From positions 3,722,001 to 3,786,000 of the forward strand of contig CM075995.1 of NCBI GenBank assembly GCA_038087875.1: DNA of 64,000 nt. The letters run 5' to 3'. Positions 24,378 through 35,208 of the stretch are shown piece by piece (within the stretch, counting starts at the first letter, position 1; each line of letters starts with the position of its first letter). A program made the position numbers and the translations under genes. Source of the DNA: Malacoraja senta. Taxonomy: Eukaryota. The notes beneath the pieces are model-generated. The model saw only the letters and a program-made list of their open reading frames with translations. It was not told the origin of the DNA and did not search any database.

Positions 24378-24833
24378 TGGAGCTGTCCCACTTAGGTTTT
24401 TTTGGGGGGACTGCCGGCGACTGTCTTAGTCGTAGCAGGTCGCCGAAAAAACGGCGACTGGACCCCCTATTTGACATAAAATTTGAAATAGAATCATTAC
24501 TTTAACAACAAAAAATAACGAAGTCAACACCGGCCACAACCTAGGTCACCTGGCGACAACCTACATTAACCTGGCGACAACCTACGTTATCCTGGCGACA
24601 ACAACGATAGCACCAACGTCAGGAGAAGTCAAGCTATGCTCATTGGCGTCAAACCCACTGTTGCCAACTGTCTCCAAAAAAACTTCAACATGTTGAAAAT
24701 CCAGCGGCGACCAGTATGACGCTACGATTCTGTGGGCGACTGAGGAGACTACTCACGACCATACAGGCGACCATGTGGTGACAGCCTAGTCGCCTGTAGT
24801 CACCTAAAAAATCGCCTAAGAGGGACAGGCCCA
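24378..24833. mobile_element. Non-autonomous PIF/Harbinger-like DNA transposon (MITE)
   Basis: TIRs TGGAGCTGTCCCACTTAGG / CCTAAGAGGGACAGGCCCA with a TAA TSD. Internal 21-bp CCTGGCGACAACCTAC repeats. Inserted in a minus-strand CR1 (24219-24983). Confidence 0.8.
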
Positions 24834-25134
24834 TAACTCTCTCTTGAAAACATCCAGTGAATTGACCTCCACTGCCATCTGTGGCAGAGAATTCCACAGA
24901 TTCACAACACTCTGAGTGAAAACTTTTTTCCTCATCTCAGTCCTAAAAGGCCGACTCCTTATTCTTAAACTGTGACCATGTTTCAATGAATGAATGAACG
25001 AACAATACTTTATTATCACATGTGGCATGCCACAGTGAAATTCTTTGTTTTGCATATCATACACAAAATATGCAAAGAGTCGCCACGTAAAAGTCCCCGA
25101 CAAGATGGGCATCGGCCCATTAGCGTCCATTTAT

Positions 25135-26058
25135 CTTCTTCTTCTTCTGTCGCGTGTCTTTTAGACCTGTAGCTCCGTTGAGGTGAGCCAGGCCAACGTG
25201 TCATCGTCCAGGTCAATCAGACCTCATTCACCATTCGGTGGCCGGTGTTTGGGGCAACTGGTGACGATGTGCTCCACTGTCTGTGTTGGGTCCCCAGACT
25301 CGCAGGAGGCGCTGTCCACGAGGCCCCACCTCTTCATCGCTATTCCATAGCGTCTGATGCCTGTCCTCAAGCGGTTGAGGGTTGTCCACTGCTTTCGGGG
25401 CAGGTCCTGGCCAGGGAAGTCCATGGGGTCATCGATGTAATGGTGTAGCCTGGATGGTTCCGCTGATCTCCACTGGTCTCTCCATCTTGTCTTGACCCAG
25501 GCAGCCTTAGAAGCGTCAACAGGTGTTGTGCAGAGCAGCTCTTGGGCTTGCGTGGCAAAGGGGTGCCGTGACTTGAGGCGCACTCGTCGTGGTGTCTCTG
25601 TGACGATCTGATGGAGGAGGTGGGATTCACTGGTCTGTGCCTTTCGAGAGAGGGCCAGCGTGGCTGCTTCTCGTCTGATGTTGGCTGGGGCGATGCCAGC
25701 GAGGACGGGCAGTTGGTTTACTGGGGTGGCTCGTAGGCATCCGGAGACAGTCCGCAGGGCGCTGTTGAGGGCAGCATCCAACTTCTTGGCGTGAGGGCTA
25801 CGGCACGCAGTACTCGGCGGCTGAGAACACCAGGGCCACTGTGGACAAAGACAGCCTCTACGCGGCCTCCTCCACGAGTAGCTTACAGGCTCATAAGCCC
25901 ACAAAGCGAAACCAATGTCTTTACCACGTCTGCAGACCGCTAAAAGCCGTGCCTCCCCAGGCCAGGCGGTACCGTTAAATGCCGCCAACTGTCGAGGTTT
26001 AGCGCTACTGCAGCTCAATGTTGAAGGCCTTACCACCGCCAAGCTCAACGTCATCGAA
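25135..26058 (-). mobile_element. Vingi/Ingi-clade element with inverted 5' segment
   Basis: The minus part (25135-25845) encodes LRTVSGCLRATPVNQLPVLAGIAP...WTTLNRLRTG...QTVEHIVTSCP and ends in (GAA)n. The plus part (25846-26058) holds the 5' UTR and the endonuclease N-terminus (LLQLNVEGLTTAK). The 8-bp TSD is CCATTTAT (25127-25134, 26059-26066). Confidence 0.8.
25847..25922 (+). ncRNA. HDV-like ribozyme fold lacking the 5' strand of P1, overlapping the Vingi start codon
   Basis: P2 AAAGACA/TGTCTTT, P3 GCC/GGC, L3 TCTACGC, P1 3' strand CTCCTCC, P4 with GCTTA/TAAGC, J4/2 C-CAA (25912-25915). The ATG is at 25915. Confidence 0.65.
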
Positions 26059-27459
26059 CCATTTATGAAGGGCTTTCAGTGCAATGCTGCATTCCAAGGA
26101 GCGAGATCCATCAGAGTCTGAAACCAAGTCAGTTGAGGACGTTCGCTGGGACATGCGAGATAACCAGACTTTTATGAGCGTACCTAGGGGTGAGAGGTGT
26201 AGAGAGGGTCCTGCTGAAATAACTGGGTGCAAGATTGACAATGGTTTGCAAGGGAACTGAGATTTGATAACTGAGAAAAGCTTTTCACTGCACCTTATGA
26301 CCTTATGATATTGAGGTGTGGAAAAATGTGCATGGACATAAACTGGTTGTCATTACGATTCTTCAAGTGTCACCAAAGGATTTGTATCTCAGTCTGCTCT
26401 GTACCTGCAAAGTTTATTGCATCACATTGCAACATTTATCGCAATTCATCAGTTTAATAGCATGGATAGTGTTTCTGCTGGCTTTCCAAAAGAGCCATTT
26501 CTCTCATCTGCTCCTTCCCCTTGGGCCTGTTCAGCTGTACTCTAGCGCAATGATTCAGCTTCGATATTTTAATTTCCTTTCCCTTTTCTGGATGCCAATG
26601 CCACAGATCCAGAATGTAATTTGATCATTTTAATATTCAATATTTCCCATCGATCATGTTTAGTGTTGCAGAACATCTGAGGAAAATATGGTAAAAATTC
26701 ACCAGCAACAAGTTCATAAGTTCATGTTATAGGAGCAGAAAGGCCATTTGGCCCATCAAGTCTAATCCACCATGGCTTATCCACCTATCCCTCTTAACCC
26801 CAATCTCGTGCCTTTTCCTCATGACCCCCGTACTAATCAAACTAACCAAGGGACGTTCTTGGCCCCTTAATAAAAACTCTACGCACTCATGACTGTGTGG
26901 CCAAATTCTACTCTAACCCCATTTACAAGTTTGTGGATAATACCTACGTAATGGTTTGGAATGCAGGAAGATGATTGAGAGCTTAGTAGCATGGTGTAAA
27001 GACTACAACATATCCTTCAATGTCAGCAGCACAAAGGGGCTGATTATCAAACTCAGGGGTGGAGTCATGGCTGAACAATCTTTCCCTCTCAGTCGCATTC
27101 TCCTGCCTTCGCCCCATAACCTCTGACAGCCATACTAATCAAGAAGCTGTCAATCTCTGCCTTAAAAATATCTAATGATTTAGCCTCCACAAACCTATGT
27201 GGCAATGAATTCCACAGTTTCACCACCCTCTCATTCAAGAAATTCCTTCTTAGATGCAGTATGAACTCCGCTACACGGTTTTACTCCACTAACAAATATC
27301 TGCAACCCTTCATTGCCTTCAATGAAGCCACAAAATACACCTTCCCTCACTCCTGAAATCTCAACCTAGTTTTTGTATTTAATTTTCTGAGTGTTACTCT
27401 TCTGAACAGCATCCAGATATACAAGTGTTTGCCATTACTCTGTGCTCATTACTTTTTTT

Positions 27460-27758
27460 AGTCTAGATTAGAGATATAGCACGGAAACAGGCCCTTTGGC
27501 CCACCGAGTCCACGCTGACAAGCGATCCCCGCACACTAACACTATCCTACATACGCGATGGACAATTTACAATTATGCAAACCCAATTAGCCTAGAGTCT
27601 TTGGAGTGTGGTAGGGAACCGAAGATCTCAGAGAAAACCCACGCAGGTCACGGGGAGAACATGCAAACTCCGTACAGACGAGCACCCTTGGTCAGGATTG
27701 AACCCGGATCTCTGGCGCTATATGGCAGCAACTCTACCGCTGCACCACCATGCCGCCC
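27460..27758 (-). mobile_element. tRNA-derived SINE
   Basis: Same family as 1266-1567. Confidence 0.75.
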
Positions 27759-27967
27759 TTAAATGTATTCAGGCAGGAAACCCAAAAATACTGTAGCTCG
27801 TAAAGTATCGGTAAATTGGTCATTTTCATTTGCGTGCACAAGTTCACAGAGCAGCTCAATATCATCATTTAGTACATCGGGCTATGACGATGTCACAAGA
27901 TGCGTTCGATTCCCTTGAAGCCCCACAAAGAAATGCCTTTCACAAACCACCAAACTATCTTTGAGTT

Positions 27968-28098
27968 AAAGAAGGAACTGCAGATGCTGGAAAATGGAAG
28001 GTACACAAAAATGCTGGAGAAACTCAGCGGGTGCAGCAGCATCTATGGAGCGAAGGAAACAGGCAACGTTTCGGGCCGAAACCCTTCTTCAGACTGAT
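27968..28098 (-). mobile_element. Penelope-derived short repeat with hammerhead core
   Basis: The minus strand reads CAGTCTGAAGAAGGGTTTCGGCCCGAAACGTTG. It is nearly identical to 59703-59798. Confidence 0.65.
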
Positions 28099-28206
28099 AG
28101 GGGGTTTAATGATGGCCATTAGTCAGGACCTTCCATTTACATTTACAAGTTATCACAAGAATTAGATTGCTGACGTTACACACAACTGATCTGAAATCAG
28201 GAAGTT

Positions 28207-29786
28207 CATTGTTCTTATTTATTGAACATGTTAAAAAAATACAAACACAAATAAACTTATAAGCAATAAAAAGAAAATAAAACACAAAGGAAAACAAACA
28301 AATAAGTAACTCAAATAATACAAATAATATCGTTCATGTTCAAAAGGGGTAAGAAGAAGTTTGAATACTTTTCTGGTCCTACCCCCTCTTATTTTCTATA
28401 CATTTTCATGGAAAAACAAAATAATGGGAACAAATGACCCAAAATCTGTTGAACAGTCCACAAACAAGAAATAACCAAACAGAAAAGAAAATCACTGGTC
28501 CAGCTCATAACCATTCAATCTTTTGTTTCTGAAGAGTGTTTTTAGTTTGAATAGAGTCTTACATTTTTTCAGCTCATCATGGCAGTTATTCCAGAGACTA
28601 ACACCCTTTGCTGTAACACAATGGAGTTTTGCATTAGTTCTTATTGCCGGTTTTTCGAATATATCGGTTCCTCTCAGGTTGTGTTTGCTTTCTCTCCGTT
28701 GGAACAACCCCTGGATATTACAAGGCAATTGCTGATTTGCTGCTTTGAACATAATTTGGATAGTTTTATAATCTGTCAGATCTTGAAATTGTAATGTTTT
28801 TAGTCTGATAAATAATGGTTTTGTTGATTGTCTGTAGGTGGTTTTATGTATAATTCATATTGCTCTTTTTTGGAGGATGAAGATTGGATGTGTATTTGTT
28901 TTGTATGTGTTTCCCCATACCTCCACACAGTAGATAATGTATGAGAGTATGAGGGAGCAGTACAACATATACAGGGAGGCTTGATTTAGTAGGTATCTGG
29001 CTTTATTCAGTATTGCAATTGATTTGGATATTTTGGCTTTAACATAATTTATGTGAGATTTCCAAGTTAATTTGTTGTCAATTAATACTCCAAGAAATTT
29101 TATTTCAGATACTCTTTCTATTTCTGTGCCATTTATCATGAGCTTTTTCTCTGTGTTGGTTGATCGATTTCCAAATATTATGAATTTTGTTTTACTTAAA
29201 TTCAATGTGAGTTTATTTTCGTCAAACCAGATCTTCATCCTGCTCAATTCCTTTTCCATACTATCCAGGAGCTGTTCCAAGTTGTCTCCACAGCAGAGTA
29301 AGTTAGTATCATCAGCGAAGAGAATAGTTTCAAGAGTTTTTGACACTTCACATATATTATTGATATGCAAAATTAATAATAATGGCCCTAACACTGAGCC
29401 CTGAGGCACCCCACACGTAACCTGCAGTAATTGTGATTTATGGTTTTGTATTTCGACATATTGTTCCCGGTTCTGTAGGTAGCTGAATAGCCATGATAGT
29501 GCGATGCCTCTAATGCCATATCTTTGTAGTTTCTTTGTTAATAACTCGTGGTCTACGGTGTCAAATGCTTTTTTTAAGTCCAAAAAAAATCCCTACTGCA
29601 TACTCTTTATTTTCTATTGCCTTAGTAATTTTTTCTATAAATTCAATAATTGCAAATGAAGTTGTTCTGTTAGCTCTAAAACCATATTGTTGTTCGTACA
29701 GTATGTTATGTTTGGTGATAAATTCGTCCAGTCTTGTGTAAATTTTTTTTCCAGTATTTTGCAGAACTGTGGAAGCAATGAAATGG
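28207..29786 (-). mobile_element. 5'-truncated CR1/L2-group LINE (Crack/Daphne-like), AT-rich
   Basis: RT motifs [33 protein letters not shown] and LFADDTNL. The 3' UTR has a hairpin GGGGTAAGA...TCCTACCCC. A possible TSD is GGAAGTT (28200-28206, 29787-29793). Confidence 0.75.
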
Positions 29787-30326
29787 GAAGTTGGCTGATT
29801 CAAGATTTCATTTTTTGTAGGAAGGAGCTGCAGATACTGGTTTGAACCGAAGATAGACACAGAATGCCGGAGTAACTCAGCGGGTCAGGCAACGTCTCTG
29901 GAGAGAAGGAATGGGTGACGTTTCGGGTCTAGACAATTACTTCTTTCTCTGAACTGCTCCAACTTTCTTTTTATTCATTCTTTTGCTTTCTTAGGCCGAG
30001 AACAGAAACGTCACCCATTCCTTCTCTCCAGAGATGCTGCCTGCCCTGCTGCGTTACTCCAGCATTTTGTGTTTATCTTCAGGATTTCACTTGACAGTTT
30101 TCAGACCGTAGTTAAGATTTAGGCCTTGCTGGATTTCTCGGAATGCAGAGGAAATGAGTCATCCTTGATTCTGAGGGAATCGCCTCAGAAGCAAAAATAA
30201 TGCAATAAAAGGAAGTTTGTGCAGTTAAGAGAAAGAAGTAATTGAGAGCTTGGGGCTTGGGCAGCTAAAATAGTAGCCATCCACAGTGGAGCAAAGAACA
30301 TTTTAGGGTGGCAAGGTTGCGCAGCG

Positions 30327-30656
30327 GGTGACACTGTGGTGCAGCGGTAGAGTTGCTGCCTTACAACGCTTACAGCATGGGAGACTCGGGTTCGATCCTG
30401 ACTATGGGTGCTTGTCTGTACGGAGTTTGTATGTTCTCCCCGTGAACTGCGTGTGTTTTTTTTTCCGAGATGTCCTGTTTCCTCCCACACTCCAAAGACG
30501 TATAGGTTTGTAGGTTAATTGGCTTGGTAAATGTAAAAAATTGTCCCTTTGTGTGTAGGATGGTGTTAATGTGCCAGGATCGCTGGTCGGCGCGGACCCG
30601 GTGGGTCGAAGTGCCTGTTTCCGCGTTGTATCTCTAAACTAAACTAAATTAAACTA
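30327..30656 (+). mobile_element. tRNA-derived SINE
   Basis: A and B boxes, full body and (AAACT)n tail. Confidence 0.8.
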
Positions 30657-31039
30657 GGGACTATAGCAGCTGAAATTTTAACTTAGGTCTGAAAGTCAAC
30701 TATAAAATCCTGAATCACTGCCAGCTTCCCGATTTCAGTTTAATTGTGTGAAGGCATTAATTTATTTCTTGCCATACCTTGTAATTATGGCAACATGTCC
30801 AGCATCACTATTTCTGCAACATCTCCTTCATATGCAACCGGATTATAATATGAACCTAACAACAAATTTGATAGAAGCATTTAAGAGACCTTTCAGATAG
30901 TGAAATGGAGGGATATGGATCATGTGCAGGCAGATGAGATTAGTTTAACTTGGTATCATGTTCGGCACAGACGTTGTGGGCCAAAGATCTGCCCCTGTGC
31001 TTTCCTATGTTCTATAATTTATGTTCCCTATGTTCTATA

Positions 31040-31312
31040 ACCATTTTAGAACGGAGACGAGGAAACATTTTTTCTCACAGAGAGTGGTGAGTCTGTGGAA
31101 TTCTCTGCCTCAGAGGGCGGTGGAGGCAGGTTCTCTGGATGCTTTAAAGAGAGAGCTAAATAGGGCTCTTAAAAATAGCGGAGTCAGGGGATATGGGGAG
31201 AAGGCAGGAACGGGGTACTGATCAGCCATGATCACATTGAATGGCGGTGCTGGCTCGAAGGGTCGAATGGCCTACTCCTGCACCTATTGTCTATTGTCAT
31301 TGTCCATTGTCT
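31040..31312 (+). mobile_element. CR1 LINE 3' end
   Basis: FFSQRVVSLWNSLP plus the CR1 3' UTR. An opposite-strand CR1 end follows at ~31460-31645. Confidence 0.85.
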
Positions 31313-32915
31313 AATCTAACCTATTGATTTTGTTGTTTAATGTGGTCTTTCTTTTTGCTCTCATGCTAAAGCTTTTTTATTGCTTCCAAGATGGTGCACA
31401 ACACAGGCGACCATTTGCGTGCTATCCACAAAAGCAGATTGACAAGCTCATATTACAATCATAGAAACATAGAAAATAGGTGCAGGAGGAGGCTATTCGG
31501 CCCTTCGAGCCAGCACCGCCATTCATCGCCATTCATTGTGATCATGGCTGATCGTCCCCTATCAATAACCCGTGCATGCCTTCTCCCCATATCCCTTGAC
31601 TGCACTAGCCCCTAGAGCTCTATCTAACTCTCTCTTAAATCCATCCATGATTACAATCGCTCCACAATCCTAAATCTACAATGCAAATGGTTCGATTCTA
31701 ATCATGTATTGTCTTTCTGCTGACTGGTTAGCACGCAACAGAAGCTTTTCACTGTACCTTGGTACACGTGACAATAAACTAAACTGAACGGATCTGAAAG
31801 CTGAGTGTATGGAAACTTCCAATTTCAGACTAACGTCATACAGTTGGAACAGGGACTATTTACTCTATTTCCTCCATTTATTATTGGATCTTAATGCAAC
31901 AAGTTCTCACGATAGTCAATATAATTCAGGAATTTCGATGTCATTGTTAATGGCCCTCCAAGCCTGTGTTGGATTAGATTTAACAGCAGCACTTCACATA
32001 AAACGATCTAGTTACTAGATTCCCAAAAGAATGTTTAAACAGAGGAGTCAGGTTTATTATGTTAAACACCACAGAACAGTTCCCAAAGTCCCAATAAATC
32101 TTGTATCACTTGCAAACCTTGTCCTTTTTATAGAACCAGGGTTGTTTATGCAATATTTCTGGTTTGTGAGCCACACAACATAACAACATCTGTTGAATCC
32201 CTTTACCTTCTCAGCAACCCCAGTCAGCGATCCCCACTGAGTAACGTAAATACAATCAACACCAGTTGCCCTGGTCAGGCCTGCACTCGCCTCTCAACTG
32301 TTTGTTTCTCCACATTACCCACACCCTGTAATGCCACACCTGACAAAACTCACGACGCTATCTCGATGTTGGGGGAAAAAAACAATTATGCACGTCGCCG
32401 GCAAGTTTAGAGGCTTCAGTTTAGTTGATTGTCACGTGTGCCGAGGTACAGGGAAGAGCTCCTGCTGCGTGCTTTTGCAGTTGGCAGAAAGACAATACAT
32501 GATTACAATCGAGCCATTTACAGTGTGCAGATACATGATAAGGGAATAACGTTTAACACAATGTCCGATCAAGTATAGTCCGAGATTAGACACAAAATGC
32601 TGGAGTAACTCAGCGGGACAGGCAGCATCTCTGGATAGAAGGAATGGGTGAAATTTCGGGTCCAGATCCATAGTCCAAGGGTTACCAAATAGACGGATAG
32701 TAGTTCAGCACTGCTCTCTGTTTGTGCTAGGATGGTTCAGTTCATACAGCATGGAAACAGGCACATGGGTCAATCGAACCCAAGCTGACAATCGATCACC
32801 TGTTCACACTAGTTCTATGTAATCCCACTTTCTCATCCATTCCCCATACACACAGAGGTGTATAAAATTACGAGAGGAATAGATCGGGTAGACGGACAAA
32901 GTTTCTTGCCCAGAG

Positions 32916-33522
32916 AATCAGAATCAGAATCAGATTTTATTCGCCAAGTATGTTTTGCAATATACGAGGAATTTCACTGGCCAGGTCAGTCATACAATTA
33001 AAAGCAACAGACTCAAAAACACATTTTAACATGAACATCCACCAAAGTGATTCCTACACATTCCTCACTGTGATGGAAGACGAAATAAAGTTCAAGTCCT
33101 TCCTTTTGTTCTTCCTTGGTCGGGGGCTCGAGCCCTCCGTTGACGGGACGGTCTTGACTCCCATAGCCGGCGGCGTTCGGGCCCTCCGCGTCGAGGCGTT
33201 CAGCTCCTGCATCGGGGTGTTGTCAGCTTCCTCGCGGCGGGCGATCGAACCTCGCGTCGGGGCTGGTCGAACCTTCTGCGACGTTGGAGCTCCCGACTTG
33301 CCTCTCCCGAGACTGCAAGCCCATGATGGTAAGTCCGCAGGTCACGGTGGGAGCGATCCCAGGCAAGGGACCCGCTCCGATGTTAAGTCCGTGCCCCGCG
33401 GTGGGGTTCACGACAGTCCGAGGAGGCCTCCAGCTCCAGCGATGGTAGGCCACAGAGCCCGGAGAATGTGATGCGAAAATCAATCACATCTCCGGGAAGG
33501 TAAGAACTTGAAAAAAAATAAT
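32916..33522 (-). mobile_element. Unclassified GC-rich non-autonomous element with (TCTGAT)n tail, inserted in a + strand CR1 fragment
   Basis: The CR1 sequence CTTGCCCAGAG...GGAATCGAGGACCAGAGG is split by this block. Minus-strand AATAAA precedes the microsatellite tail. Confidence 0.55.
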
Positions 33523-34598
33523 TGTGGAATCGAGGACCAGAGGACATGCAGTAGGTGAAGGGGAAAAGATTTAATAGGAATCAGAGGGGTAACTTTTCAC
33601 ACAAAGAGTGGTGGGTTTATGGAACAAGCTGCCAGAAAAGGTAGTTGAGGCAGGGATTATCCTAACGTTTAAGATTATAATTAGATTTGGAGGGATATGG
33701 GTCAAACGCAAGCAGGTAGGACCAGTGTAGCTGGGACATGTTGGGCAAGTTGAGCCGACGGGCCTGTTTCCACGGTGTGTGACTCTATGACTCTATACCC
33801 TTTTCGTAGTCCAGTGGAAGGTGGGTCCTGGAAGCTTCACCCCCGGGCACAAACTCCTCTCAATGCCCACCCCCTCCCCATCCTCTCCTCTCGCAACCTT
33901 TCCAGGTTTCATAGAGGATAGAGCATAGAACATAGAATACAGAACAATATATCACAGGAACGGCACTTCCGCCCACAATGTTTGTGCTAAACATAATGCC
34001 TAGCAGAGCTGGTCTCATTTGGCTGTGTAATCAATACCTCTCCATTCCCAGCAAATCCATGTGCCTATCTAAAAGCTTTTTAAACGCCACTATCGTATCT
34101 GCCTCCACCACTACCCCAGGCAATGCGTTCCAGGCCGCCATCACTCTTTGTGTAAAAATCTTGCCCCATGGGGAAAGGGTTCTGACTGTCCACCCGATCT
34201 CTGCCCCTCATAATTTTATAAACTTCGATCAAGCTTCCCATCAACCTCCGAAGGCCCAGAGAAAACAACACAAGTCGATCCAACCTCCTCTCCCTGGAGT
34301 TCAATCCCTCTCATCCACACAGCATCCTGGTAAACCTCCTTTGCATCCTCTCCAAAGTCTCCACACCTTTCCTGTAATGGGGCTCGAGAACTGCACGCAA
34401 TACGCCAAATACAGCCTAACCAAAGTCTTATACATCAAGGCTTCATGACTATTATTGGCCCTACCTCTAGAGTGGCACGGTGGTGCAGTGGTAGAGTTGA
34501 TGTCTTACAGCCCCAGAGACCCGGGTTCGATTCTGACTATGGGCGGCGTCCTTATGGAGTTTGTACGTTTACCCAGTGACCACATTGGTTTTCTCCAG

Positions 34599-35142
34599 TG
34601 TTACGACTCCCGAAAGCAGGTACTTCAGAGTCGCGTAACATAAGTCAAAAAACAGGTTTAAGTTCAAAAATAGTTTTTAATTACTCAATAACACACCAAA
34701 AACCCAAACCTGATTCAAACAACCCAGACAAGGATATGAATGGATTAACAAACAACTTAAAAGTGCTCAGGCCAGCCACGCGATGGACCGTCAAACCTGA
34801 GGCTCTAAACCTGCCTAAAAGAAAGCTATCCCTGAAACAAAATGCCGATAACTTCTAAGGACAGCCCAATTCAATATTTGGTACTACGTAATGTTGCAAT
34901 TACACAAAGTTCTAAGCCATGTGGCCAGGCCTTTCCACAGCTCACCCAGCATGGCCTCACGAGGCAGGGTCGTCGGAGAGAGAACGAGAATTCTGGGTAC
35001 TCTGCTATTTATACTTCAGATGAGTCACCCGTCACCTGACGCAGCTTGGCCAATCGGGTACAGGAGCCTTTTAGCCTGCACTCGGGAAAGAAACAGAGAA
35101 AGGTTAATACATAACATTGACCAGGAGGGGGAGCGCATAACA
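34599..35142 (-). repeat. 3' LTR (544 bp)
   Basis: Direct repeat of 39295-39840. It is preceded on the minus strand by the G-rich tract GGGTGGGGG. Confidence 0.95.
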
Positions 35143-35208
35143 CCCCCACCCAAAGATACTGAATAAAGTTCGGAAGAAGAGAGAAAAAACACCACCAAAT
35201 CCCCGAAA

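Noticed and set aside
25224..26054. 276-aa ORF as a single protein
   Set aside because: It is chimeric. The first ~70 codons are the antisense of the inverted 5' segment, and only the rest is Vingi coding sequence.
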